DNA from: the human T2T-CHM13v2.0 reference genome, Homo sapiens
DNA: 64,000 nucleotides
Assembly (NCBI RefSeq): GCF_009914755.1
Contig: NC_060945.1
Strand: one strand, 5' to 3'
Shown: piece by piece, positions 14,856-34,410 of the stretch
How the letters are laid out: each line of letters begins with the position of its first letter
Position numbering within the stretch: the stretch's first letter is position 1
Notes under the pieces: generated by a model
What the model was told of the DNA's origin: nothing
The model's database searches: none
Seen by the model: only the letters and a program-made list of their open reading frames with translations
Made by a program: the position numbers and the translations under genes

Positions 14856-17459
14856 GTAAGTTGGTTAAAGTATCTCAACCACTGAATTATTATGCTAAAT
14901 ACCCATTTTTGGGAAACGTTTCTGTTTTGCAGGTATACAAGAAAATCCTTGACTGGTTCTTTGGCAGAAATACTTAAGTGCTTAAAAGAGTATGCTTAGG
15001 CTTTATATATAATAACAACAGTGACAGCAGCAGCTATTCTGATTGAGTGCAGACATATGTTAAGCATTATTTTAAGTGCTTTGCATATGTTATTTGGTTC
15101 TCACAGCACCCGTAATAGGTAGGTAATGTTATAGTCCACATTTTACATGACCAAAGTGTACCACTAGTAAATAGTGATACCAAGATTTGAACACAGATTT
15201 TATCTGATGATGTCAAAGTCTGTGTTTGTGGCACCTATATTACCTCTTTATGCTCTGTTAATTAATCCATATAGTATAAAAGAAGCATTTTCATCTTTTC
15301 TCTGTTTATCCTGGTATAAAAAATTAAGTAAATATCCTTCATAAGTGAAAGAAAGCAAATAAATTTAATATTATGAGAGTGGAGTCATAATTAATTCCAG
15401 TTCCTTATATTGAATTTGAGCTGAGTTTTTATTTGTTAGCTAAGAAAGATTGAGAAAGATACTGCACCATGATTTTATTGTTCCCCAGTATAAAATTTTT
15501 AGAACATAAATTATATATATTGAGCATTAATATTGAGCAGGTAGACTATTATATTTAATTTTGTCCTGCCTTACTGTAAGAAAGGTGTAGGGTGAATTCA
15601 AGAATACATCCACACAGTAGAAGAATATTCAAAAGAAAACAAACCAGAAAACGAAGTTGGAATCTGGGATTCTCAGAACCAAGCTACATAGGCATAAGGT
15701 CCTGCATGGGTATTAGTTATAATTCATATTTGCCTCTGACCTTCAGCTGCCCAAAATGAAATGGGAAAACTTGACAAGTTACTTAATTCTCATTGTCCAT
15801 AAAGAAACAGGACACCAATTGGTCAGGTGAAACAGTTTTCCTAGTATTTAGTTTTGAAAGAAGTTGGGCTGTAATATTAATTGAGTGATGGAGTAGAGAA
15901 TAATCTCAGCAGTATCTTATGCATAGCAAAAAACTCCCTGAAAGCACAGTTTTGGGTTTCACAAATACTTTTTTTGTGAAGTTTTCTCATGAAAGCTGAG
16001 AGTCTGCTATCAGTTGTTTTTCAGTGAAAGCGCTTGTATGGGAGGGTGGGAGTGGGGAAGGTAGTAAACTCTAAGCATGTAGCTTTAAAAATAACATTTA
16101 TTGTGTTTTTCTTTTATTGTAAACAGAACACATTCTCATGGTAGAAAATTTGGAAAATACAAGAGTTTAAAAAGAAGAAAATAAAAATCACCAGTAATCC
16201 AACCACCTTGGAGAATACCGCTGTATTAACGTTATGCAGCTTTTAGATGGCTTAAGCCGTGGATAAACCGAGGCTATCTAGACTAGAGGAATGGATGGGC
16301 TTGACACAGTCTTCCATCAATACCACTGTCCTCAACGGGTTCTGACAAGAAATGAGCTGCACATGTCTTTAGGTTATTGCTACTGGCTAGGTCCAGAATT
16401 GCATTTATTTTGTGCCGTTTGAAGGTGAATTTGTATGCTTTCAAGATCAGATGAATAGGTTGGCAACTTGGCTAGCCTCTTGTGAAAATTGAGGTGCCTG
16501 TCTGAAATATTGCCTGGCAGAAGGTTTTCCACTTTCCACTTCTGAGAGCTGAGAGGCACACCAGGGTGTTTCTGCTCTCTTTCATGAGTGTTGAATGCTA
16601 GACACACAAGGAAGATCCTTCTAATACCTTGCTGCAACAGGAGGTGAATCAGAGTAGAAGTACAGAAGCTAGGTAGTTTGGTGAGGTAAAGGCCAAGAGC
16701 AGCTTGTGGATCTATCCTTGTACCTCCTTGCTGATGGTCTAGCTTGTGGTTTAATACCATCTACATTTCACTAAAGCCAGGTCAGCAGCATTGTTCCTTT
16801 GTTTCTTATTAGGCAATCACCAATATATATTGGATGCCTATTTTATTCACGAAGTGTTTTACCACACTGGTTTTGCTGGTGTTTCCTACCTCCTCACACA
16901 TTGTCTATATGATTTGCTCAGTAATGTAGGGATAATGTTTTCAGAGTCCATAGTATATATAACTCCTGATCAGGTGACTAGATGGTGTGACTTAAGGAAA
17001 GAACACGTTGCCAGTAATTCAGATGTGCCATTGACACAGGAGGACCCATGCCTGAGAAAGACTTTTATCTGAGTTACTGAGATTAAGATGTTTTGAAGCT
17101 CCCAAGCAGAGGGATGCTGGATCTGCTGTGGAAATCTGGCTGAGCAGCTGCAGGGACAGCTGGGGGTAAAGCATCCACCCTCCCCCAGTTTGGCGAGGAT
17201 GCACTCCTCAGCTGTTCTGGAAGGCCAGACTTCTTATCTGCTGTCATTGAAGCAAGAATTGAGATGTCCAAAGAGAACAGAAATGGGACAATTTAATACT
17301 AGAAAGGAATAAAAGGGTTAAAGTCTTGAATGCTAAAACTTCTGAAATAATTAATTTATCCTGAAAGATTAGAAAATATAAGTTGAAACTTTAAATGAAA
17401 AAGAGATTCAATTTAAAAAAGAACTTTGGCAAGATTGATATCTAAAAGGGTAAAAATAA

Positions 17460-17680
17460 TAATACTGTATCTTACAACATGGTTATCACTGTTCTGAGCA
17501 TTTAATGTGTATTAACTCGTAAAACCATCACAACTACGTGAGGTAGGTGCTACTGCCTTTTTACAGATGATGAAACAGGTATAGGGAGGCCAAGCAAAGT
17601 GTCTGAGGACACTAGGTGGATGTGATGGAGCCAGAATTTGAACCCAGGCAGCCTGGATGTAGAGTCTCTACTATTAATCA
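17460..17680. mobile_element. MIR
   Basis: ttttacagatgatgaaac...ggagccagaatttgaacccaggcag. Confidence 0.75.
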
Positions 17681-17739
17681 CTATGGGAAGGTGGTGATAG
17701 AATAAAAGGGAATGTGAAAGTCGAAAAAATTAAAAAATA

Positions 17740-18520
17740 AATGGTCTAAATAGTCAATAAACGTTTATGAGGAAATGATTATCCTTCCAGGACATGTAGA
17801 TTAAAAACTACGAGTTTCTCATTTATACCCATCAGATGGACAAAAGCTTAAAAATCTCATAATACCAAGTGTTTTAGAGGATGTGGAACAAAGGAGACTC
17901 TCATATTCAGCTGGAGAAAGTGTAAATTGGTACAATCACTTTGGAGAGCAATTTGACAAGGTGAAGATGTGCATACTCTGCAACCCACTTCTAGGCTCAT
18001 ATCCTCTGAACTCTCAAATGTGTACCCAAGAAGATATGTACATGCCTTCATGATAGCATTGTTTGTAAGAGTAAAGAAATGAAAACGACCTAAATGGCCA
18101 TCAATAGGGGAATGGATAAATATGGTATATTCATACAATGGAATTCTATATGGCAGTTAAAATGAACGCAATGTTGAGTGAAAAAGCAAGTCACAGAATG
18201 ATTTGTACACTGTGATGCCATTTATTAATGTTTAAAAACATGCAAAACAATATGCATATATACAGACTGTGTATTAACAATGTTTAAAAATGCATGGGCA
18301 TGTTAAACACCCGGGGAGTGGCTGGGGAGAGAAGGAGGGAAAAGGGATTGGAGTTGGGAGGGGTGGTACACGGTGGGTGTCAACTGTAACAAACTACTAC
18401 AAAAAGAGCTGAAGTATATGGCAACATGTTAATTTCTTGCTAAGGTGGTATGCCATTGGTACATGGGTGTTCATTTTGTTAATGTTCTCTGTACTTTTAT
18501 GTATACTTGAAATATTTGAT
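17740..18520 (+). mobile_element. Old L1M 3' fragment
   Basis: gtaaattggtacaatcactttggagagcaatttg, gatagcattgtttgtaa, ggaatggataaa motifs. Confidence 0.75.
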
Positions 18521-19519
18521 AAAAAGTAAAACAAAATGTAATTAAAATGCACATGATAAAAGGAACAGAAAAAGAACAGAAACAGTGACCACTAAACATC
18601 AAGGATAAAATAGTGAACAATGATCTTGAAAAGAGAAATATAAGTATTGTAAGGCCAGTTGCAGAAGCGTGAAGTGTGCATGGGGAAGCCTGAGGTGAGG
18701 TATATATGGGGAAACAGATGCTTCCTTCAAACATGGTGGCAGTGGCAGTGATGATTTTAATGCCAAAATAGTCATACAGTTTGTAAATCCAACCACTTTT
18801 GGGTGAATATAAGTTAGGCCAAGAGCCTTTCAAAACCCCCCTGGGCCTGCGAATGTTGCGCTTGGAAAACGCAGGAGATGGGGTTGGAATGAGGCAGGGG
18901 TTGGGGAACTGCGCTGCCTCCTGCGCCCCCACTCCTGCCGCAGCCTCTCCCCTTCAAATCTTCACATTGAGGATTGTGTTTATCCCAGGACACCTGGCTT
19001 AGAAGATGAGATGTCCGTTTTATTCTGCTCCTTCTCAAAGTGTACTTTTCAAATATGAGTTGGTAACTATAGGGCATTTGAGAGTGATCGTTGTAATTAT
19101 AGTAATCAGAACTTTTCAGTTTAGTCAAGAATCTGGACAAAGGAATCAGTCATATCTGTACCTTCTGCAGTTCCAACAGCTTATGTAATGTACATGATTA
19201 GGCTTTGCCCACTTAGTGTTCAGTTCATTCTTGTGAGACTCGTGGAAAATTCAGATTCTTCGGTGGGATGTGATGAACTGTGTAAGGGCAAATGTTAATT
19301 GGAGAAAGTGAATGCTTAGCTTGAATCGTTTTTGAATTGCTTTGGAAACTCATGTATTTTTAAACTTGGTGTTTACTTGAACTGTTGGTATTCATTTAAG
19401 TATTTACCCATCACATGATAACTGCCTTCCATCAGATCCCAACTGTGATTGGTAGCAGACAGATAGACTTTAACTAACTCTTCTCTTGTTGCTTTTTTTC
19501 CCCCCTAAATTTCTGGAAG

Positions 19520-19538
19520 ACTAGAGATATAAAGCACT
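19520..19538 (+). other. Candidate cryptic/micro exon followed by (TG)n
   Basis: Branch-point-like taactaac 19471-19478, long pyrimidine tract, AGs ending 19519/19524/19526, donor gtatgt at 19539. Confidence 0.35.
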
Positions 19539-19567
19539 GTATGTTTCTGTGAGAATTTCACAAATTC

Positions 19568-19568
<1 letters not shown>

Positions 19569-19597
<29 letters not shown>
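19569..19597. repeat. (TG)n microsatellite, about 14 units
   Basis: Directly visible. Confidence 0.96.
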
Positions 19598-19598
<1 letters not shown>

Positions 19599-20763
19599 GG
19601 TTTGGTGAATTATTCCTCACTCTGCCCTCTGGTGTGTGCTCTTTATTTTTACTTAGAAGCCACTGAATTTGCTTTTGAAGAAAACATTTACTTTTTTCAG
19701 TCTTCTTTGGGGTATACCCCCTTTTTAAAAAAACAGTAACAAATGCACATGGTAAGCAACAGAGTAGGAAAAGGTACACTCGCCCAGCTCTGACCCATCC
19801 TCTGATTCATCTCTTCAGATCCTTGTGTATTCCCATAATATTTTATGCCTATACAAGCATTTATGTTGAACCAGATGAAATTGCCATTTTTGTAAGTCAG
19901 AATATAGGCAGTTTTATTTGGTTTAATGTAATGTATATGTCTTTTTCTTTAAATGGGTAGGAACATACTACATACACTGTTGTACATCTTGCTTTTTTTT
20001 TTACATTTAAGTCTTGGAGCTTGTTTTGGATCTGTATATAGAGACCTACCTTGTTCTTCATGGCTGCACAGTGTTTTACTGAATGGATTGCCTATGTAAT
20101 CCATTAGTTTGTATTATATTAGTATATAGTTTATATATATATATATATTAGTTTATATTAGTATATAGATTATTTTATTTACAATGTTAAATTATAGATA
20201 TATTAGTATGTAGATTTCCATTTTAAAGATTATATATACCTATGCAATGATTATCTTTTTATGTTTTACACTCAGGTTCAAATATATCTGTAGGACACAT
20301 TTCTGATAAATTTATTTTACTCATGATATATGAATGAAAGAACATATCATTTTAATTACAGACACTTTTTATTTAAAATGTATGTTTATTCAGTCCGTGG
20401 TTATTACTCACTGCATATTTGTCAGTGACTGACCATTATACCTGAATCTTGCTTTTGTTCCTTAGTTGGAAGATCTGGAAACTTGGGGAATAGTTGTTAT
20501 TTCTTTATTGATCTGGTCATATCCTGAAAATAATTATAATTGAGGAAAAAAGGAATATCCCTTATATGGCTTGCAAAATTCTTGCATACTTTTTATGGTA
20601 TGGTTTAAGAGAGTCAATAAATAGCATCTCCTTTCCCTTCCAAGTCCAGAATCAGTTAAAAGATGGATGGAAAAGACAGGCAAATGGTGATCAAATATTG
20701 CCTTTATTACTGATGCAATTGGAGAACAGGCCTTAAGTCTGATAGTCAAGGGGCTGGTTACTA

Positions 20764-20837
20764 TTAGGTTGGTGCAAAAGTAAATGTGGTTTTTAGAAAT
20801 AATGGCAAAACCCCTAATTACTTTTGCACCAACCTAA
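20764..20837. mobile_element. MADE1 (Hsmar1-derived MITE)
   Basis: TIRs ttaggttggtgcaaaagtaa / ttacttttgcaccaacctaa flanked by TA. Confidence 0.93.
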
Positions 20838-20927
20838 TAATTCACCCACAGTCAGACAGAACTGGGCTCTTGGGAACTTTAAGCCTGGAAGAAAAGGGAA
20901 TCTGGTGTTTTAGATTCCAAAGAGTAA

Positions 20928-21220
20928 GGCCGGGTGCAGTGGCTCGTGCCTGTAATCCCAGCACTTGGAGAGGCTGAGGCGGATGGATCACTTGAGGTCA
21001 GGAGTTTGAGACCATCCTGGTCAACATGGTGAAACCCTGTCTGTACTAAAAATACAAAAATTAGGTGGGCATGTTGCTGCATGCCTGTAATTCCAGCTAC
21101 TCAGGAGGCTGAGGCAAGAGAATTGCTTGAACACAGAAGGCAAAGGTTTCAGTGAGCTGAGATTGCGCCACTGCACTCCAGCCTGGGCGATAGAGTGAGA
21201 CCATGTCTAAAAAAATAAAA
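20928..21220 (+). mobile_element. AluS
   Basis: TSD gattccaaagagt. Confidence 0.92.
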
Positions 21221-22520
21221 GGATTCCAAAGAGTGAGAAAAAGAAGAGGTGAAGCCATGTATGATTAGTGTCCCTCCCTCACCATTAGATAAATTATTAT
21301 TCATCATCTGAGGATGTTAGCCAAGGGTGGGGAGAGGAAAGAGTTCAGGAATAATTAGCAAATCCACATGGAAACTAGGGGAGAGGGAATAACTGTTCTT
21401 TACAAGCATCATCTTTTAGGGCAGAATGTAGCATATTTTATATGCAGTAATGGGGAGGGGCTGGAGAAATAAAAACACTTCCCTATGTAAGAGCAATAAG
21501 TTGGAGCACCTGGACTAGAACTCTCTTTCTTACTCTGTTTAATACTCACCATGTCACACAGTCTTCAAGAGTAAATAACCGTTTGCATCTGGAGTCTTGT
21601 CCCATTTTCATACATCTCTTGCACAGGGGATTGCTGCTACCAAAAGTCAAACCTGATTATTTAGACCCTGGGCTGCAGTGGTCTGGATGAGCAATAGCAT
21701 CATGTAATTGACTATGCCCACTTTGCCTTAGTTGTAGGATGTGGTCATATGCCAGTAAATGTGAAATTTTATTAGTATTAATATTAATTGCATTCATATA
21801 CTAATTGTGATATTTATAATATATGCTATTATAACGCTGTTTGTAGTGCTATATATTATAAGTAATGTTCAGCATTGATTCAACAAATATTGGGGTTCTG
21901 TTGATGGATAATGTCAGAAATGAGCAAAAACAGCCTCTGTGTTTCAGACAGTGGGCTGGCATTGTGAGGGCCTTGTAGTGGGAAGGAATTTGTTGCATTT
22001 GTGGAACTGATAGTTGCTAGATGGCCTGAATACAGAGGAGAGGGTAGTATGTTCATAGGCTAAGCCAAGGAGGGCCTTGTAGGCTGTGTTAAGGCTTTTG
22101 GCCTTTAAGAGCAATAAGAAAGTAAAGGATTTTAAACTGAGGAGAGAGAGCATGATTAGCACTTAAAAAAAAAATTTGAGCATAGTGAAAATGGATCTGA
22201 AGGGGATGTAGTGTGGATGTAGGTTAGGAGGCTGTTGCAGTAGCCCAGGCCAGAGATGATGGCTTCCAGCAGAATATTGACAGTGGGAATGGAAAAGTAG
22301 AAGGATTCAAGAGTTTAGAGGTGAAGCTGACAGAAGTTGCTCGTGGTTGGTGTTGGAACTTGAGAGTGAAGGTGGTTGGAACTGTTCTGACGTTTCTGCC
22401 TTAAGCAGCATCATGGATTATGGGCCTACTCACTCACATTGGGATTGCTGGAAGAGGAATAAATTTGTAGGAGGTAGAACTGGACTTCACTCTCGGACAC
22501 TGAATCGAAGTGCCTTTGAA

Positions 22521-22824
22521 GGCCAGGCATGGTGACTCACGCCTGTAATCCCAGCACTTTGGGAGGCCGAGGTGGGAGGATCACCAGAGGTCAGGAGTTC
22601 GAGACCAGCCTGGCCAACATGGTGAAACCCTTTCTCTACTACAACTACAAAAATTAGCTGGGCGTGGTGGTAGGTGCTTCTAATCTCAGTTACTCGGGAG
22701 GCTGAGGCAGGAGAATTGCTTGAACGTGGGAGGCGGAGGTTGCAGTGAGCCAAAGTAGCGCCATTGCGCTCCAGCCTCGGCGACGAGCAAAACTCCGTCT
22801 CAAAAAAAAAAAAAAAAAAAGAAA
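22521..22824 (+). mobile_element. AluS
   Basis: TSD gaagtgcctttgaa. Confidence 0.93.
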
Positions 22825-22977
22825 GAAGTGCCTTTGAAGCATCCAAATTCCAATGTTGTGTAGGTAGTGAGTTATATGGGTCTGGAACTCAAAGGAGGGT
22901 TTGGATGGGAAACATGTTTGGAATAGCCAGCCTCCATGATTTGAAGTTGTAGATGTGGGTGAGACTGCTTACAGAGA

Positions 22978-23138
22978 AGTTTTTCTCAACCTGGACTGCA
23001 CTTTGGAATCACTGAACTTTGACAAATACCACCCACCCCAGAGATTCTGATTCAATTAACCTAGAGTAAAGCTTGGGCATTGGGCTTCTAGGAACTCCCC
23101 AGATGGTACTAATGTGCAGTCACGGTTGAGACCCACTG
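22978..23138. mobile_element. MER5A-like hAT element
   Basis: ttctcaacc...ccccagagattctgattcaatt...ggttgagacccactg. Confidence 0.8.
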
Positions 23139-23729
23139 GCCTAGAGAGAACCTAGGCTGAGACTAGGAGAGGAATCAGGATTGAGCCTTGAACACATATG
23201 GCCAATTGGAGAAGGATGAGCCTGCCCAGGAGATTATTAAAATGTGACCAGAGAGGTGGAACAAAGACTAAGTGTGGTGTCATAGAAGTAAGTAAAAGAG
23301 TGGTCAGCAGTGTCTGTTGGCTACTGAGAAGCCAGTTACAGTGGAACTTAGATTTGGCAACATGGACATCATTCACTAACCTTAGGGGGAGCTGTCAGTG
23401 GGAAGCTTGAAACATGCCAATTAGATGGGGTTGAGAAATGCAAGGAAATGGAGACAGCTAGCGTAGGCAGCTTTTAAAGGTATTTGGGGAGAGAGACCCA
23501 GGGTGAGTCTCTTTAAATGGTAAAGAAAACTTACCTTATTCAAGAGTTCCAGAAGAAGGTGGCACTAGGGTTGTATATTCAGTGGCTCAACAATGTCATC
23601 AGAGACTTAGATTTTTCCAGCCTCAGTGTGTGACTTGGTCCTCAGGCTGTCCCCTCAGAATGTAGGATGGCTGCTGTAATTCAGACATCTTTAGCAGAAG
23701 AAGGACAACTTTGTCTTATGTCCTTTAAA

Positions 23730-25370
23730 AAAAATCTTAATACACATGCTGAAAAGTATACAAGTGTTAAGTGCAGCTGGAATTTTCAGAAGTCAAACAA
23801 CTGTAACCAGCATGCAGATCACAACCCCAGTACCCCAGAAGTTCCTCTTAGTCATGACCCTCCTCCTAGTCATGATCCATCTCCTCCCCCAGGAGAACTA
23901 CCATCCTGGCTTCCAGTGGTTAATTTTGCCTATTTTAGTACAATGTAATGAAATAATATACTATGTGTTCTTTTATGTTTGGTTTTCAGCATCGTTTTTG
24001 AGATCCATATTGTTGCATGTAGTTGTAAAGTGTTCATCTATTGCATGAATATACCACATTTTATCCATTCTATTGTTGATGGGCATTTGGGTAGCTTCTC
24101 CTATTTGGCTTTTACAGGTAGTATTGTTGTGAACATATGTATTTATTTCTGTTGAGTGTATAATTAAGGAGTGGAATTGTTGGGACAGAGGGTATGCTTA
24201 TATGCATTTAGCTTTCCTGTGTGATTGTATCATTTTGTACTCTTACAGCAGCATATGAGAATTTCAGTTCTGTGCCCTCAACACTTACTATTTTTCATCT
24301 TTTATTTTAGACATTCTGGTGGGTGTGTAGTGGTATACCACTGTGATTATAATTTGTATTTTCATAAATTGATTAAGGATGTTTCAGATTTTCATAAGGT
24401 TATTGACCATTTGGATATTCTCTTTTGTGAAGTGCCTGTTGAAGTCTTTTGCTATTTTTTTCTCTTGAGTAGAATGCCCTATTCATTTTTAGGAGTTTTT
24501 CTTTTGTATTCTGAATATGAGTCATTGGTCAGATATATGTATTGCAAATATCTTCTCACATTCAGTGGCTTGCCTTTTCACTGTTGATGTTTTCACAAAC
24601 AAGTTACTAATTTTAATGTAGTACAGTTTATCAGTTTTTTCCTCTGTGATAAGCTCTTTTTGTGTTCTGTTTATCATCTTTACCCATTCAAAGGTCACCA
24701 GATTTTCTATGTTTCATCTAAAGGTTTAATTGTTCAACTTTGATGTACAGATCTGCAGTCCATCTGGACCTGGTGTTTGTATTTAGTGTGAGGTAGTGTT
24801 CAAGATTCATATGGGCCAGGTGCGGTGGCTCATGCCTGTATTCCCAGCACTTTGGGAGGACAAGGCAGGAGAATTGCTTGAGCCCAGGAGTTTGAGACCA
24901 TCCTGGGCAACATAGTGGGACCGTGTCTCTACAAAAAAATTCAAAAATTAGCCAGAAATTAGCTAGGCATGATGGCATGTGCCTATATTCCCAGCTACTC
25001 AGGAGGCTGAGGTGGGAGGAGCGCTTGAGCCTGTGATGTCAAGGCTGTAGTGAGAGGGACTGGCACTGCACTCCAGCCTGGGTGACAGAGTGAGCCCTTG
25101 TTTCAAAAAAAAGAAAAAAGATCCATATGGATGTCCAATTGACCCAGCACCATTTATTAAAAGAGTATATTTTCTCCATGTACCGCAGTATCACCTTTGT
25201 CACGAATCAGGTCATTATGTGTAAGAATCCATTTCTAGTTTCTCTGTTCTATTTTGTTGGTCAGGTTGTCTATCCTTATCTAGTTGGTTTTTTTTTTTTT
25301 TGTACGTAACCTTTTAGTAGGTATTGATATCTGGTAGTATAAGTTATCTAGTTTTGTTCTTCCTTGTAAT
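23730..25370 (-). mobile_element. Old L1M fragment containing an Alu
   Basis: ttatccattctattgttgatgggcatttggg, gtgaagtgcctgtt, cccagcaccatttatt. Confidence 0.75.
24814..25120 (+). mobile_element. AluJ
   Basis: Diverged dimer with gcttgagcccaggag. Confidence 0.88.
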
Positions 25371-26013
25371 CTCTTTAAGAGTGATGAATTAGCATAAATA
25401 TGAATGTGAAATGATGAACCAGCAAATATTAATCTACGTTGAAAAAAGAAGGTGGATAAGTCAGTGAGTTGGGTACCCTGAGGAGATAGGAACAATTGAA
25501 CAAGTTAAATGGGATAAGCAAGGTTATAGTGAGAGGTGGATACCTGAATTAGTGATTGAACAGTTTGAAGTTTGAACAGTTTTGAGTTTGAACACCCTAA
25601 GTTCCAGGGGTGCAGTGATGGGTGGCTGAGTTGGGCTAGAGGTGGAAGTCATTGAAGATAAGGAAGCCAGGAAACTGATAGACTGTGGTATGGATCTGTT
25701 AGTTCTTGATAGGTTATGAAAGTACATTTAATAATGTAGTATCTAATTTAATATCTACCTCAGAACAGGTAGAACAGAATTATTTACATTTTACGGATGA
25801 GAAAAATGGGCCCAGAGATGTTAATAACTCCCTAATAGCCCCAAGAAAATTAGTGATTAAATTAGACCTAACCTGGGTCTTATGGTCTAGCTTCCATGCT
25901 CTATTCAGTGTAGCTTAACTGATGTTGTGTGAAAGACCTGGTAGTGATACATTTGGAAAGTCTTACTGACATGCAGAAATAGTACAGAAAAACATACAAA
26001 TAGGAATGTTATT

Positions 26014-26482
<469 letters not shown>

Positions 26483-26601
26483 TTAAAATTATCTTTTGAC
26501 TAGATAATATACATGGAAAATTCACAAAGTACACATATGCAAGATATAATACTTTTACTATAAAAGAGTGAAAATTTTTAAATACTTGTTTTTCCTTTTA
26601 G

Positions 26602-26656
26602 AAATGCACTCGGTGATGGAAAGAGAGCCACTATTCTGAAGAACACTTGGCCAAAG
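26602..26656 (+). CDS. TTC3: TTC3 coding exon 10 (NALGDGKRATILKNTWPK)
   Basis: ttttag| ... AAG|gtaggt; 55 nt. Confidence 0.95.
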
Positions 26657-27282
26657 GTAGGTTTCTTCTGTATTTTATATTGAGCAAATAATGCCATACA
26701 ACATTGTGAAAAATCTGTTTATAGGGTGTGTTTGTTCATAAAAATGCTATATGAAATTACGTAGAGCTCCAGAATGTGAAAGGGGAGTCATCAGATCCAT
26801 GATCAGCGTGGGGACCCAGCCACAGCACTGACAGGCTGTGCGTGAGGACAGGTGGCCTGTGGGCATCTTGAGTCTTCAGGGTGCCTTAGTGATTGAGAGG
26901 TCATCTCTGCGTATTCTGGGTGGGTGTGCCTGAATGTGAAAAATGACTTAAAACTGGGGAGGAAGTATAGGAGGCTGTCTTTATAGGAGGCAGGAAAAGA
27001 TTTCTTAACACACAGTGCACAAATCAGCAGTGAAGACAACCATCTTGATATATTTGGCTATATCGAACTTAAAAACTTGTGTATGTCAAAAGGCACCATA
27101 GATGAAATAGTAGTTTGAGAGGAGATAATTTGCCACATATATAACTGGTAGGATTTATAGCTGGAATATGCACATAATTCCTAAAGTAAATAAGAAACCC
27201 CATAGAAAATGGGCCAGTAAAACAAGTAAGCATTTCACAGAAGAGTAATCCTGAATGGCCAATAGAAATAAGAAACTATTTC

Positions 27283-33422
<6,140 letters not shown>

Positions 33423-33439
33423 GAAACTATTTCTATTTC

Positions 33440-33860
33440 CTAGTAATTAAAATTGTAGGGATTTGGTACACAGATAAAATAATGAAACCAATAGTGCAGA
33501 ATAGAGGGCCTCCACACAGAACCCACTATGTGAGTAAATATTACAATGTCATATTGTCTGAGTCCTTCAGATTGGCAGAAATTAAAGAGGCTGATAGTCT
33601 GGTGTTGGTGGGTATGTGTAGTAACAGGAAGCCCCAGTAAACTGGTGGGAGTGTGATTGCTTACAACCAAGTCAGGGAGCACTATAATAGACTCCACAGT
33701 TACTTGATTCTGAGTGTGTGTGCTCTAGAAAATTTCTTGCAAATGTGCACATGGTTTGATATGCAAGGTTGGTCATTGCAGCATTGTTTTAATGGCACAC
33801 AACTGCAAATACCTACATGTCTATTGATAAAGCAGCAGATAAATGTGGTATTTTCACTTG
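33440..33860 (+). mobile_element. Old L1M fragment (continues the piece at about 27030-27280 that the L1PA split)
   Basis: attggcagaaatt, cattgcagcattgttt, gataaatgtggta. Confidence 0.55.
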
Positions 33861-33869
33861 ATCAAAGTT

Positions 33870-34410
33870 GTTACTCTGACCTGTGTGATCTGTCCCCGTC
33901 TTGAACACTTGTTGTTTCTCCAACCTCACTGCTCCTGCTCTGTCCCTGGTTCACTTTATCTTGGCCTCTTGGCATCCTCACTGTTCCTCAGACATTCCAG
34001 GCCCACTTCCACTTTGTACTTGCCCTTCCCTCTGCCTAGAATGCTTTTCCCCAGAGCGTTGGCCAGCCCCCTTATTTCTTTTCAGTCGATATTGAAAGGA
34101 CTCTTCTCAGTGAAACATTCCTTGGCCTCATTACTAAAATGCCAAACACCTCACTTCCTACGCATTTCTTATCTTCTTTCCTTGCTTTACTTTTTTCTTC
34201 TTAGGACTTACCATTATCTAATACATTATATCTACTGTTTGAGTTATAGTGGCTATTGTGTGTCTTCCAGTATAATATGAGCTCCACAAGGAAAGATTTT
34301 TTTGGTGTTTGGTTCACTTCACTCTTGAATCCAGACTGTCTGACAAGCTGCCTGACACTTACTTAGCAGGCACTCATTAGTAAATAATTGTTGACTTAGT
34401 GATTGAATGA
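33870..34410 (+). mobile_element. L2 3' fragment
   Basis: ttccctctgcctagaatgcttttccc...gcactcattagtaaata...tgaatgaat. Confidence 0.7.

Larger units (their letters stand above)
21870..23480 (-). mobile_element. L2 remnants interrupted by Alu and MER5
   Basis: attcaacaaatatt end motif; gttaggaggctgttgcagtagcccagg; ggatttggcaacatgg. Confidence 0.6.

Noticed and set aside
18471-18932. 153-aa minus-strand ORF
   Set aside because: Low-complexity hydrophobic tail overlapping an L1M remnant; no splice or domain support.
33843-34280. 145-aa Leu/Ser-rich ORF
   Set aside because: Overlaps a pyrimidine-rich L2 remnant; chance ORF.
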